From contig DATBAX010000355.1 of assembly GCA_036271275.1 (NCBI GenBank), positions 5,840 through 69,839 of the forward strand: DNA of 64,000 nt, written 5' to 3'. Numbering within the stretch: position 1 is the first letter of the stretch; each line of letters begins with the position of its first letter. The stretch comes from Terriglobales bacterium (lineage in GTDB: Bacteria > Acidobacteriota > Terriglobia > Terriglobales > Acidobacteriaceae). The position numbers were made by a program, and so were the translations under genes. The notes under the pieces are model-generated. The model was not told where the DNA came from, made no database searches, and saw only the letters and a list, made by a program, of their open reading frames with translations. This document shows positions 34,885 through 44,413 of this stretch, piece by piece.

Positions 34885-35547
34885 ATGTCGGAAGCATTGC
34901 GTGAAAAGCCAAACGCGGAGCAATTGCCTGAATCGGCAAGTGCCGGCGTTATTCTCAACGGCCGTTATTTGCCACCGCCTGAAGACAAAGACGGCAAAAT
35001 ATGGATCAGGACAAGTGTTTTGATTCAAACCGAGGCCGAACAACTGTACGAAATGTGGCGTGACGTTGAGAGCGCACCGCTGTGGCAAGAACAGATTGCT
35101 CGTGTGACCCGCACCGGCGAAAAAACCTCGCACTGGGTTATGCGGTCAAGAGACAAAGAAAACGATAAGACCATTGAGTGGAATTCTGAAATTCTGGCTG
35201 ACGAACCAGGATGCCGCATTGCATGGCGCTCCGTCGGAGGCGATTCGGACAATGCCGGAGAAGTCGTTTTCGAACCGTCGCCCGGACGCAAAGCAACGCT
35301 AGTAACGGTGCTGCAAGAATTTCGCATGGGCAAGCTGGCGAATGCCTGGGAAACAGTCGTTGGGCGGAATCCAAAGCAAGCCGTTATTGAAAATTTACGG
35401 CACTTTAAGGCGCTTGCCGAGACGGGTGAAATCCCGCGGACAGAAGGACAGCCGCACGGTCCACGAGGAACCATCGCCGGAATCAAGGAATCCGTTTACG
35501 GCGAGAAGATCGCGACACCACCAGGACTGGAGCGGAAAGCAAGTTAA
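34885..35547 (+). CDS. SRPBCC (cyclase/dehydrase-like) family protein
   Basis: 220 aa. Contains IRTSVLIQTEAEQLYEMWRDVESAPLWQEQIARV. Confidence 0.75.
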   Translation: MSEALREKPNAEQLPESASAGVILNGRYLPPPEDKDGKIWIRTSVLIQTEAEQLYEMWRDVESAPLWQEQIARVTRTGEKTSHWVMRSRDKENDKTIEWNSEILADEPGCRIAWRSVGGDSDNAGEVVFEPSPGRKATLVTVLQEFRMGKLANAWETVVGRNPKQAVIENLRHFKALAETGEIPRTEGQPHGPRGTIAGIKESVYGEKIATPPGLERKAS

Positions 35548-35592
35548 CGCAGTTTCACGATTTATTACGCTTACGAAGAACGGAGTTCATTC

Positions 35593-36774
35593 ATGAAAGC
35601 CCTCTGCTGGATGGGAAGTGGCAAGGTTGAAGTGCATAGCGTCAGCGATCCCGCGATTCTGAATCCTCACGACGCGATTATCAGAGTCACGCGGACAGCG
35701 ATTTGTGGTTCGGATCTCCATTTATTCGACGGTTTCATACCGACGATGGAAGAGGGAGATATTCTTGGGCACGAGTTTATGGGCATTGTTGAAGAAGTAG
35801 GGAAAGAAGTGAATAATCTTCAACGCGGCGATCGGGTGGTTGTGCCCTTCACCATTGCTTGCGGAAACTGCGGATTCTGCCAGAAGAAGCTATGGTCCGC
35901 CTGCGACAACACCAATCCGAATGCGCACCTGATGGAAGCGGCATATGGATATTCAGGTTCAGGCCTTTTCGGCTATTCGCATATGATGGGTGGCTACGCC
36001 GGAGGGCAGGCGCAATACGTGCGGGTGCCGTTCGCGAATGTCGGCCCTCTCAAAATCGAGAGTGATCTTCCAGATGAGAAAGTACTGTTCCTATCCGATA
36101 TTTTTCCGACCGGTTACATGGCTGCGGAGAACGCCCAAATCCGGGAAAATGACACGGTAGCGGTATGGGGTTGTGGACCTGTGGGCCAGTTCGCTATCGC
36201 CAGCGCTTTCATGCTGGGCGCTGCGCGTGTTATCGCCATCGATCGGTTTCCCGAGCGCTTGGAAATGGCACGATCAATCGGCGCGATAACCGTGGACTAC
36301 TCCGAAGAAGATGTAAGCGTGTTGACTGCGTTGAAAGATCTGACAGGCGGGAGCGGTCCAGATTCCTGTATCGATGCCGTCGGACTCGAGGCTCATTCCG
36401 CACAACTCCAGGGACTCTACGACAAGGTGAAGACGGCGTTGATGCTGGAAACAGACAGGCCAAGCGTGCTGCGGCAGGCGATCCAGGCGGTTCGCAAAGG
36501 TGGCACGGTTTCCGTTCCGGGTGTTTACGGCGGACTTCTCGATAAAGTGCCATTCGGTGCAGCGTTCGGCAAGGGCATCACGATGAAGATGGGCCAGACG
36601 AACATGCACAACTACATGAAGCCGTTGCTTAGGAGAATCGAACAAGGCCAGATTGATCCCAGCTATATCATTTCTCATCGCATCAGCCTGGAACAGGCAC
36701 CGGAGATGTACAAAGTGTGGCGGGATAAGAAAGAAAACGTTACCAAAATTGTGATTGATCCATGGGCTGCGTAG
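35593..36774 (+). CDS. zinc-dependent alcohol dehydrogenase family (formaldehyde-dehydrogenase-like)
   Basis: [17 protein letters not shown] and [12 protein letters not shown] are the catalytic Zn motifs. [15 protein letters not shown] is the structural Zn motif. VWGCGPVG is the Rossmann motif. Confidence 0.9.
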   Translation: MKALCWMGSGKVEVHSVSDPAILNPHDAIIRVTRTAICGSDLHLFDGFIPTMEEGDILGHEFMGIVEEVGKEVNNLQRGDRVVVPFTIACGNCGFCQKKLWSACDNTNPNAHLMEAAYGYSGSGLFGYSHMMGGYAGGQAQYVRVPFANVGPLKIESDLPDEKVLFLSDIFPTGYMAAENAQIRENDTVAVWGCGPVGQFAIASAFMLGAARVIAIDRFPERLEMARSIGAITVDYSEEDVSVLTALKDLTGGSGPDSCIDAVGLEAHSAQLQGLYDKVKTALMLETDRPSVLRQAIQAVRKGGTVSVPGVYGGLLDKVPFGAAFGKGITMKMGQTNMHNYMKPLLRRIEQGQIDPSYIISHRISLEQAPEMYKVWRDKKENVTKIVIDPWAA

Positions 36775-36816
36775 GAGTGAGCGACCAGCCTCGAACTGGT
36801 TTGTCGCAGCCCGGTA

Positions 36817-37812
36817 TTATCGTTTGATCGGCTCTGTGGATACCATAGAGTGTTCACAGGCCGTTCTTTTCCGCTGGCTCTCCATCTTCGACACGTGGCC
36901 CAACGATTCCAAATCCCGCTCGGCATGCGATTGCCTTACGTACAAATCCACTTCCTGATAACGCCTGGAAATTTCTTCATTCATTGCCAATGGATGTGGT
37001 CCGTAAGCACGAGGGAGGCGTCGAAGAATATCGGTACATGCCTGCTCAACTAGATGCCGGACTGTGAGGGCGAGCTTGTGCGCTTTCGCCGGCGTGTCCG
37101 CGACTTCGTCGATCTCGTCGCCAGCGGCTTCAAGATAACGATGCAGAGCCCAGGTTGACGCCATCATAGCCCCGAGGTGAGCCATGGTGTGCGGATCGTC
37201 ACGATGTTGGATACTGGCGTAGTCCACCAATCCGACAGCACCGCCCGCCCAACATGCCGCCGGACCACAAGCCCCATGCCAAAAGCCCAGCCGGTTCAAA
37301 TACCAGCCTTCTTCTCCGATAACCTCTTGTGTCGTAATCGGAACATTCTTGAACGAAACGGTTGCCGTGCACGTCTCCTTGAAAGCGCCGGTCCTCCAGT
37401 TCGAGTAGTCGAATTGAAGATCGTTGCGATTATTTCGCAAGTCAATATCGACCAGGAGCTGCTTTGGGTTGCCAATCGTCACCAGCGCGTGGTCAATTAG
37501 TCCGGCGCCACTGCAAAATTTCTTCGAACCAGTCACCCGGAGACAGTCTCCGCCCGCTTTCAGACTTAAACTCTGCCCCGGGATTTCGGATGCCCACACG
37601 CCATAAAGTGTATCGGTTTCGGCCTGGCGCCCGGCCTCGGCGAGAATGGCTATGGCATCCCAATGTGCCTCAGCCAATCGTGCTAAGGAGACATTCTCGC
37701 GCCCGACCTCTATCAATTTTCGGTGCCGCTTTGCTGTCTGCCCGCTTCCGGGCAGGGGAATAGGATCTTTCCTGATTTCGCGAAGCCGCAGAACTAATTC
37801 GTTTTCGGTCAT
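36817..37812 (-). CDS. acyl-CoA dehydrogenase-like protein (short form)
   Basis: 331 aa with collinear similarity to the ACAD middle and C-terminal domains (..KKFCSGAG.., ..FWHGACGPAACW..). 4-nt overlap with the upstream GT2 gene. Confidence 0.65.
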   Translation of the reverse strand: MTENELVLRLREIRKDPIPLPGSGQTAKRHRKLIEVGRENVSLARLAEAHWDAIAILAEAGRQAETDTLYGVWASEIPGQSLSLKAGGDCLRVTGSKKFCSGAGLIDHALVTIGNPKQLLVDIDLRNNRNDLQFDYSNWRTGAFKETCTATVSFKNVPITTQEVIGEEGWYLNRLGFWHGACGPAACWAGGAVGLVDYASIQHRDDPHTMAHLGAMMASTWALHRYLEAAGDEIDEVADTPAKAHKLALTVRHLVEQACTDILRRLPRAYGPHPLAMNEEISRRYQEVDLYVRQSHAERDLESLGHVSKMESQRKRTACEHSMVSTEPIKR

Positions 37813-38522
37813 GTGGCGACCTCGTTGTGGGCGGCAAGCGTATCCGCGAATCCGTGCGGGGCCCGTCCAACGCGCCTTCCGCTGGTCAAAACTTGCAGTC
37901 GGCTGATAGAGATTCGATTTGCTCCAGTTTTCTCCAAACGATTCCAGAGGTCGTGGTCTTCAGCCGTCGCAATACTCTTCCAGCCGCCCGCTCGCAGATA
38001 GGCGTCAGCTCTCACTCCCAAATTTGCGCCGTGGACGTGTGAATGGGATCCATCAGGTCTCACGACATAAGAACTTCGAAACCTTTCCGCTACGACGCCA
38101 CTGTGTTCCTCGAATGAATCGACATCGACTGTGCCGGCAATGGCATCGATGTTTTCAGAGGCCAGAGTCAAGTGATCTGTCATCCAGTCGGCCGGGACGC
38201 TGCTATCGGCGTCGGTATTAGCCAGCCAACAACGACTCAACGCTCCTCGATATCGGCCCAGGGCAGTGCGAGCCGCGAGTCCCCTTGCTCGCCCTACAAT
38301 GCCGCTCTGCGTGGTAATTACGACGCCTCTTCCATGAATCATTCGCCTGGCTATTTCCAGTGTTCGATCCGAAGATCTGTCTACGGCGATGACGATATCA
38401 GCGGTTACCTCTGAAGGCAGCAGAGCGATCGCTGCCGCGATTGATTCAAGACATCTCGGCAGCAGTTGTTCTTCGTTGCGTGCCGGGATAAGAACCGCGA
38501 TATGCCAAGGTTGACGATTCAT
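37809..38522 (-). CDS. glycosyltransferase family 2
   Basis: IAVLIPARNEEQLLPRCLESI .. VIAVDRSSDRT .. ANTDADS is a GT-A fold with a DxD-like motif. 4-nt overlaps at both ends. Confidence 0.85.
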   Translation of the reverse strand: MNRQPWHIAVLIPARNEEQLLPRCLESIAAAIALLPSEVTADIVIAVDRSSDRTLEIARRMIHGRGVVITTQSGIVGRARGLAARTALGRYRGALSRCWLANTDADSSVPADWMTDHLTLASENIDAIAGTVDVDSFEEHSGVVAERFRSSYVVRPDGSHSHVHGANLGVRADAYLRAGGWKSIATAEDHDLWNRLEKTGANRISISRLQVLTSGRRVGRAPHGFADTLAAHNEVAT

Positions 38523-39094
38523 AGCCGCTCCCAGCGATCTAATCTGAACCCGGCGTGGCGTTCTGCATGAACGTTCCGTAATCCTGGGATCGACGCCAAT
38601 ACATCATGCACTTCGTCACCACTCAATAAATGATCAGACGATCTGCCCAGCCAATGCGCTGCCAGAAACGACCCTGACGGAGAAATTTCGGAAATCAGTC
38701 GATTGCCAAGTTCCAGCAAAGGGCCACGACGAAAGTAGTATCCAATTTCGCTAAACACGATCAAATCAAACTTCCCTGCTGGGATCGATTCGGGCAGCGC
38801 TCCGGACGAAACGTTTACATTCGCTAGCTCCCTACAGCGCTCACTCGCACGATTGACGGCCGTTGGCGAAATATCAATCGCTTCAACGCGATCACAAAGG
38901 GGCGCGAGTAGAACAGTGAGGATTCCGATAGAGCATCCGGGTTCGAACGCGCGTACATATCGCTGACCGCCAAGGGCATCGAGGATTCTTCTGTATCGGC
39001 CCTGCTCGTAGTCGCTGGCGGCAAAGTTCCAGGGGTCCGGAGCTTGCCGGTAGATACGTTCGAAAAAGTCGGCGGTGGTCGTCGCGTTTCTCAT
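38519..39094 (-). CDS. SAM-dependent methyltransferase, NodS-like
   Basis: FFERIYRQAPDPWNFAASDYEQGRYRRILDAL followed by FEPGCSIGILT (motif I). Confidence 0.8.
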   Translation of the reverse strand: MRNATTTADFFERIYRQAPDPWNFAASDYEQGRYRRILDALGGQRYVRAFEPGCSIGILTVLLAPLCDRVEAIDISPTAVNRASERCRELANVNVSSGALPESIPAGKFDLIVFSEIGYYFRRGPLLELGNRLISEISPSGSFLAAHWLGRSSDHLLSGDEVHDVLASIPGLRNVHAERHAGFRLDRWERL

Positions 39095-39828
39095 GCAAAC
39101 GCAAAGACCTCGAACGGTCTTCTCGCGGGACCGAGAAGGCGTTCCGGCAAGATCGGCTCTTCGCCGGTTCTGATGAGTTGTGATCGATGTCGAGAAAGCG
39201 CGATGCCTTTAGACCGAAGTCCTTCTTCATCCAGAGGAAAGCGGTACATGTTCATGCCTGCAAGCAAACTTGGCTCTCCTAGATGCCATGTCCAGAAAAA
39301 ATAAGAGACAAGGGTAGCGCCATTCCGCCGAGCAACTTCTTCCGCTGCGCGTCCGCACGCCTGATGATCGGGATGGAAATCCCCCTTCCAAGGTGCGATG
39401 AGATAGGTGTTTGCTGTCACCAACCGTGAGAGTTTCTCGGTCAGGTCTGACTCTCGGGACTCGACCGAACTGTCGGGCAATCCGAATCGAAAGATTTTTT
39501 GTTTCGGTACGCCGAGACATTTCAAGGCGTCTTCCTGTTCAACCTTCCTCAGCTTGCCGAGGCCCGGGCTACTCGAATACGCATTTTCCCCGTCCGTGAC
39601 TGCGACCACACAGACGTCGATTCCTCGCGCACGTTGGGACGCGATGAATCCGCCGGTACCCAGCGTTTCGTCGTCCGGATGCGGAGAAACAATCACCACC
39701 GGAGCTGTTGTCGGCAGCCAGGCAGGTAATGTCTGCAAAGCTTCCAACCAGGTATTTTCTTTCACCAAAGGCACGATCATAAGATAAAGACAGCCTTCTA
39801 CAGGCTGCTCGGCAAGTCTTGGATGCAA
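39091..39828 (-). CDS. PIG-L family (GlcNAc-type) deacetylase
   Basis: VVIVSPHPDDETLGTGG and a later HPDH. The start is TTG at 39828 or ATG at 39780. Confidence 0.85.
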   Translation of the reverse strand: MHPRLAEQPVEGCLYLMIVPLVKENTWLEALQTLPAWLPTTAPVVIVSPHPDDETLGTGGFIASQRARGIDVCVVAVTDGENAYSSSPGLGKLRKVEQEDALKCLGVPKQKIFRFGLPDSSVESRESDLTEKLSRLVTANTYLIAPWKGDFHPDHQACGRAAEEVARRNGATLVSYFFWTWHLGEPSLLAGMNMYRFPLDEEGLRSKGIALSRHRSQLIRTGEEPILPERLLGPARRPFEVFAFA

Positions 39829-39977
39829 AATCCGAATGGCGAGATGAGAATCTCTGCGTCATCGAACGAACGCAATGTCGACGAATGTAATTTCGTCGGT
39901 ACCGGAATTTCTACGGCTCCCTACAGGGTTTCGCCCATGCCGGCTTCGCAGACCAGATTGTATGTTCGGAAACACCG

Positions 39978-41081
39978 ATGGTAGGATTTCCCAAACCTTT
40001 TAGTAATGGGACGATAGCGGCGATACTTTTTCTCGTGCTGATTCTCACGGCCACCCGGGAGGCATTCTGTCAATCACTCGTCGAGGTTTATAGCAACCCC
40101 GATTTTCAACTTACGGGTGTAACTGTTTCAAAAACAAACCGCATTTTTAGCAACTTTCCTCGCTGGTCTGACCATTATCAAAATGCGGTCGTGGAAGTAA
40201 TGCCAGACGGCTCTGCCAAGCCTTTCCCTGATGAACACTGGAATCGTTGGTCTGGAAAAGCATCAGATGCGGGCGAACAGTTCGTTTCTGTCCAGAGCGT
40301 CGTTGCCGATGATCAGAATACGTTGTGGGTTGTGGATCCCGCGGCGCCTTTGCTAGGTCCAGTCGTCGAGGGTGGGGCAAAGCTTGTTGCTATTGATCTG
40401 CAAACCAATCGGATCAGAAGAATCTACGGATTCGGCCCCGGCGTGGTTAAGGCGAACACTTATTTGAATGACGTGCGCATCGATAATTCCCGGCACGTTG
40501 CTTATATGACGGACAGCGGAATTGGCGCAATCATTGTCTTGGATCTCGACAGTGGGAAGGCACGCAGATTGCTCGACGGTCATTCCTCCGTGCTCGCGCA
40601 AGCTAATGTCAAACTCACAATTGACGGCAAGCCGCTGCTCGGACCCGATGGAAGAGCTCCACAAATGCATTCTGACGGGATCGCGCTTTCCCCCGATGGA
40701 CAATATCTTTACTATCAAGCGCTCACTTCCGAAACCCTTTATCGAATAAACACTCAGGCGCTCAGAGATGTAAATATTGGGGATGCGAGCGCGGCCGTGG
40801 AACGCGTTGCGAAGACTTTTCCGGTGGACGGGCTATGGATCGACGAGAAGTCAAACGTTTATCTAAGTGCATTGGAAAAGCACGCCGTCGTAAGGATGTC
40901 ACCCGACGGCAAATTGACCACAGTTATGAAAGACCCTCGTCTACAGTGGCCGGATACGTTTAGTGAAGGACCTGACGGGTCAATGTATATTACGGCGTCC
41001 CACATCAATGAAGCGCCGCGTTTTAATGAGGGCAAAGACGTGCGGAAACAACCCTATGCGATTTATCGGTTCCATCCTTAA
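39978..41081 (+). CDS. major royal jelly/yellow-like beta-propeller protein, secreted
   Basis: 367 aa with a signal peptide. Contains NTLWVVDPAAPLLG .. AYMTDSGIGAIIVLDLDSGKARRLL .. DGIALSPDGQYLYY. Confidence 0.75.
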   Translation: MVGFPKPFSNGTIAAILFLVLILTATREAFCQSLVEVYSNPDFQLTGVTVSKTNRIFSNFPRWSDHYQNAVVEVMPDGSAKPFPDEHWNRWSGKASDAGEQFVSVQSVVADDQNTLWVVDPAAPLLGPVVEGGAKLVAIDLQTNRIRRIYGFGPGVVKANTYLNDVRIDNSRHVAYMTDSGIGAIIVLDLDSGKARRLLDGHSSVLAQANVKLTIDGKPLLGPDGRAPQMHSDGIALSPDGQYLYYQALTSETLYRINTQALRDVNIGDASAAVERVAKTFPVDGLWIDEKSNVYLSALEKHAVVRMSPDGKLTTVMKDPRLQWPDTFSEGPDGSMYITASHINEAPRFNEGKDVRKQPYAIYRFHP

Positions 41082-41191
41082 ATTCCAGCGCCCGCGAGTG
41101 ACCCATCCAACTTCTGAATGTGTTTGACAACTCTCCGGCTGACTAGAGCATCTCAGGGTCGCATTCGAGAACATGACACGGAGAGGTCGCT

Positions 41192-43057
41192 TTGGTAAGC
41201 CCTGACAAAACGTCCTACGTGGCTAACTGCACGTACTTCGCGATCTTAATTTCGCTTTTGCAGTTGTTTGGAATCGCACGCAGTGCTTCTGCTCAAACCG
41301 GCCAAACGCTTCAGCCAACAGTCGAGCAGAATTATCAAGCTCGCCCTTACCAAGGACACCTTGAGTCTGATGACGGCCAGTGGACCAGGCCGGCCAAAGA
41401 CTATGCGAGCACACGCTATAGCTCGATCGATCAGATAAACACGACTAACGCAAAAACCCTGCAATTGGCATTCACCTTCTCGACCGGCATGACTCACGGC
41501 CACGAGGCAGCGCCGTTGATCGTGAACAACACGATGTATATCGTGACGCCTTTTCCTAACAACCTGTACGCTCTCGACCTTACCAAGCCAGGCGCGCCAA
41601 TGAAGTGGGTGTACCAGCCGTTGCCAACGCCCGCATCTCAGGGGGTCGCGTGCTGTGACGTGGTGAACCGCGGTGCGTCTTACGACGACGGGAAAATCTA
41701 TTTCAATACATTGGACAACCAGACGGTCGCCGTAGACGCGGCTTCCGGACGAGAACTCTGGAAAACCCGCGTGGGTGATATCAACAAAGGCGAGAGCATG
41801 ACGATGGCTCCCTTGGTGGTCAAGGGCAAAGTCCTGGTTGGCAATAGTGGCGGGGAATTTGGGGTTCGCGGTTGGTTGACGGCTCTTGATGGAAAAACCG
41901 GAAAGATTGTGTGGCGCGCTTACACTGCAGGCCCCGACAAAGATGTACTGATCGGGCCTCGATTCAAACCATTCTATCCGCAAGATCGAGGCAAGGATCT
42001 GGGAGTAAAAACCTGGCCGCCGGATGCGTGGAAAATTGGCGGTGGAACAGTTTGGGGATGGATTTCATACGATCCGCAACTCAACCTTATTTATTACGGT
42101 ACGGCAAATCCGGGACCATGGGACGCGGACGCCCGTCCCGGAGACAATAAGTTCACCTCTGGAATCTTTGCACGCGACCCTGACACCGGTGAAGCCATCT
42201 GGTTCTACCAGTTGAGTCCGCATGATCTTTATGACTACGACGGGGTCAACGAAAACATTCTGCTCGATCTTCCAGTGAACGGGTACACCCGCAAGGTTCT
42301 CGTACATCCTGACCGCAATGGCTACGTCTACGTGATGGATCGCACCACGGGCGAGGTTCTATCGGCCTCCGCATTTGCACCAATCACCACCAGCCGCGGA
42401 GTGGATCTGAAAACGGGGCAGTTGCAGTATGTGGAGGAGAAACGCCCGATCACCGGAAAAGTTGTGCGCGACATTTGTCCCACAGCGCCGGGCGCTAAGG
42501 ACTGGCAACCTTCCGCCTTCTCTCCCCGCACCGGATTGCTATACATTCCGCACAACCACCTTTGCATGGACGAGGAGGATCTAACGCCGAACTATATTGC
42601 TGGAACTCCATACGTCGGCGCGAATGTGCGAATGTACGACGCACCTGGAGGTTATGGGGGCGAGTTCACCGCCTGGGACCCAGTCGAAGGCAAAGTGGTG
42701 TGGACGAATCCCGATCATTTCCCGGTGTGGAGCGGAGCGCTCGCGACGGCCGGCGACGTAGTTTTCTACGGCACGCTCGACGGATGGTTCAAAGCTGTCG
42801 ATGCGAATAAAGGGACGCTGCTTTGGCAGTTCAAGACTGGATCGGGAATTATTGGACAACCCACAACTTATAAAGGACCGGATGGGAAACAATATGTAGC
42901 TATCTTGGCAGGCGTGGGTGGATGGGCCGGCGCCATCGTCGCTGGAGGACTGGATGCTCGCGACGAATCCGCGGCTTTGGGCTTCGTCAACGCCATGAAA
43001 GACCTGCCGCACTACACCAATAAGGGAGGCATGCTTTATGTGTTCGCCCTTCCTTAG
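41192..43057 (+). CDS. xoxF: PQQ-dependent methanol/ethanol-family dehydrogenase, XoxF (lanthanide) type
   Basis: 621 aa with a vicinal disulfide (GVACCDVVNRG). The SPHDLYDYDGVNE block has Asp two residues after the catalytic Asp (DYD; MxaF-type enzymes have DYA). W-rich propeller repeats are present. There is no small-subunit gene nearby, and a MoxJ-like gene lies downstream. Confidence 0.85.
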   Translation: MVSPDKTSYVANCTYFAILISLLQLFGIARSASAQTGQTLQPTVEQNYQARPYQGHLESDDGQWTRPAKDYASTRYSSIDQINTTNAKTLQLAFTFSTGMTHGHEAAPLIVNNTMYIVTPFPNNLYALDLTKPGAPMKWVYQPLPTPASQGVACCDVVNRGASYDDGKIYFNTLDNQTVAVDAASGRELWKTRVGDINKGESMTMAPLVVKGKVLVGNSGGEFGVRGWLTALDGKTGKIVWRAYTAGPDKDVLIGPRFKPFYPQDRGKDLGVKTWPPDAWKIGGGTVWGWISYDPQLNLIYYGTANPGPWDADARPGDNKFTSGIFARDPDTGEAIWFYQLSPHDLYDYDGVNENILLDLPVNGYTRKVLVHPDRNGYVYVMDRTTGEVLSASAFAPITTSRGVDLKTGQLQYVEEKRPITGKVVRDICPTAPGAKDWQPSAFSPRTGLLYIPHNHLCMDEEDLTPNYIAGTPYVGANVRMYDAPGGYGGEFTAWDPVEGKVVWTNPDHFPVWSGALATAGDVVFYGTLDGWFKAVDANKGTLLWQFKTGSGIIGQPTTYKGPDGKQYVAILAGVGGWAGAIVAGGLDARDESAALGFVNAMKDLPHYTNKGGMLYVFALP

Positions 43058-43859
43058 GCTGTTTGCGGTTGTGAGCATCATGTTATCTGCAATCGCAGCG
43101 ATGGGACAAATGCGCGAACTACGCGTTTGCGCTGACCCTAACAACATGCCGTTTTCGAACATGAAGCAGGAAGGGTTTGAAAATCGGATCGCCGCGCTAG
43201 TCGCCAAAGATCTCCAAGCTCACCTGATTTACGTTTGGCAAAGAATGGGCCGCGGTTTTGTACGGGAGTATCTCGATAAGTCGCAATGTGATTTGCTTAT
43301 CGGTATACCCGGTAATTTCCGTCCGGTCCTCACAACCACCCCGTATTACCGATCCAGCTACGTGTTTGTTTCACGCCGCAGCCGGAAGCTACAACTTACG
43401 TCCGGATTCGACTCGCCAGCATTGCATCCACTGAAAATCGGCGTGCAGGTTCTCGACGAGGAATACACCCCGCCAGGTGAAGCCTTAGCCAGACGCGGTC
43501 TACAAGCGGCGATTGTGGGCTTTGATACAACCGGCAATAGTGCCAATTCAATCATCAAGGCCGTTGCGAATCATCAAGTGGATGTAGCTGTGGCTTGGGG
43601 ACCACTGGCCGGTTACTTCGCACAGAAATATCACGGGAGTCTCACTCTCACACCAATAGAACCGGAGATTGATCCTCCGGGATTGCCTTTTACTTTTGCA
43701 ATTTCCATGGGGGTCCGCAAAGGTAACTCCACGTTGCGGGACGATTTAGAGCAAATTCTGAACAAGCGGAATTCGGAGATAAGGGCCATTCTCGACCGAT
43801 ACGGAGTTCCGCAATTGCCTCTTGCGCCAGTTGTCAGTACATCAACCGTGGTGAACTGA
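43038..43859 (+). CDS. xoxJ: quinoprotein-dehydrogenase-associated periplasmic binding protein (MoxJ/XoxJ-like)
   Basis: LRVCADPNNMPFSN .. and the YYRSSYVFV pattern. Overlaps the xoxF end by 20 nt. Confidence 0.75.
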   Translation: MCSPFLRLFAVVSIMLSAIAAMGQMRELRVCADPNNMPFSNMKQEGFENRIAALVAKDLQAHLIYVWQRMGRGFVREYLDKSQCDLLIGIPGNFRPVLTTTPYYRSSYVFVSRRSRKLQLTSGFDSPALHPLKIGVQVLDEEYTPPGEALARRGLQAAIVGFDTTGNSANSIIKAVANHQVDVAVAWGPLAGYFAQKYHGSLTLTPIEPEIDPPGLPFTFAISMGVRKGNSTLRDDLEQILNKRNSEIRAILDRYGVPQLPLAPVVSTSTVVN

Positions 43860-44413
43860 TGCGTCTTCATTTACATATCGCCTTTCTGTTTGCGAGCACA
43901 CTATGGCTCGGATCGTGTTCGCGTGAAGACCGGATTTTGCGACAGCCTCCACCGGCAAATGACACCTTGAATACTGTACAGATCAGCGGTCTCAATCCGG
44001 GTGCGAACTCCATTCCGACTCCGCCGAATTCCAATATGTATCAGGAAAGCGCCTACGCCGTAGCGGAAGGCCAAAAACTTTACGAAGAATACAACTGCGT
44101 AGGTTGTCATGCGCATGGGGGCGGCGGAATCGGACCACCGCTAATGGATCGCGACTGGATTTACGGAAGCGAGCCCGGAAACGTCTTTGCGACCATCATG
44201 CAAGGCAGACCGAACGGGATGCCTTCGTTCCGAAATCGCATTCCCGAATACCAGGCGTGGGAGCTTGCTGCCTACGTCCGCTCGCTGGCCGGATTGTTGC
44301 CGAAAGGAGTGTCCCCAGACCGCCCTGACCGAATGAATGTGAAACCCTCCGAGTCCTCGACGCCTGAGCAAATACCCACCGGAATTACTGGTGTTCCGGG
44401 GCAGCCCAAGTGA
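43859..44413 (+). CDS. c-type cytochrome, lipoprotein-anchored
   Basis: The lipobox-like sequence LWLGSC and the single heme motif CVGCH. The start overlaps the xoxJ stop (TGATG). Confidence 0.8.
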   Translation: MRLHLHIAFLFASTLWLGSCSREDRILRQPPPANDTLNTVQISGLNPGANSIPTPPNSNMYQESAYAVAEGQKLYEEYNCVGCHAHGGGGIGPPLMDRDWIYGSEPGNVFATIMQGRPNGMPSFRNRIPEYQAWELAAYVRSLAGLLPKGVSPDRPDRMNVKPSESSTPEQIPTGITGVPGQPK

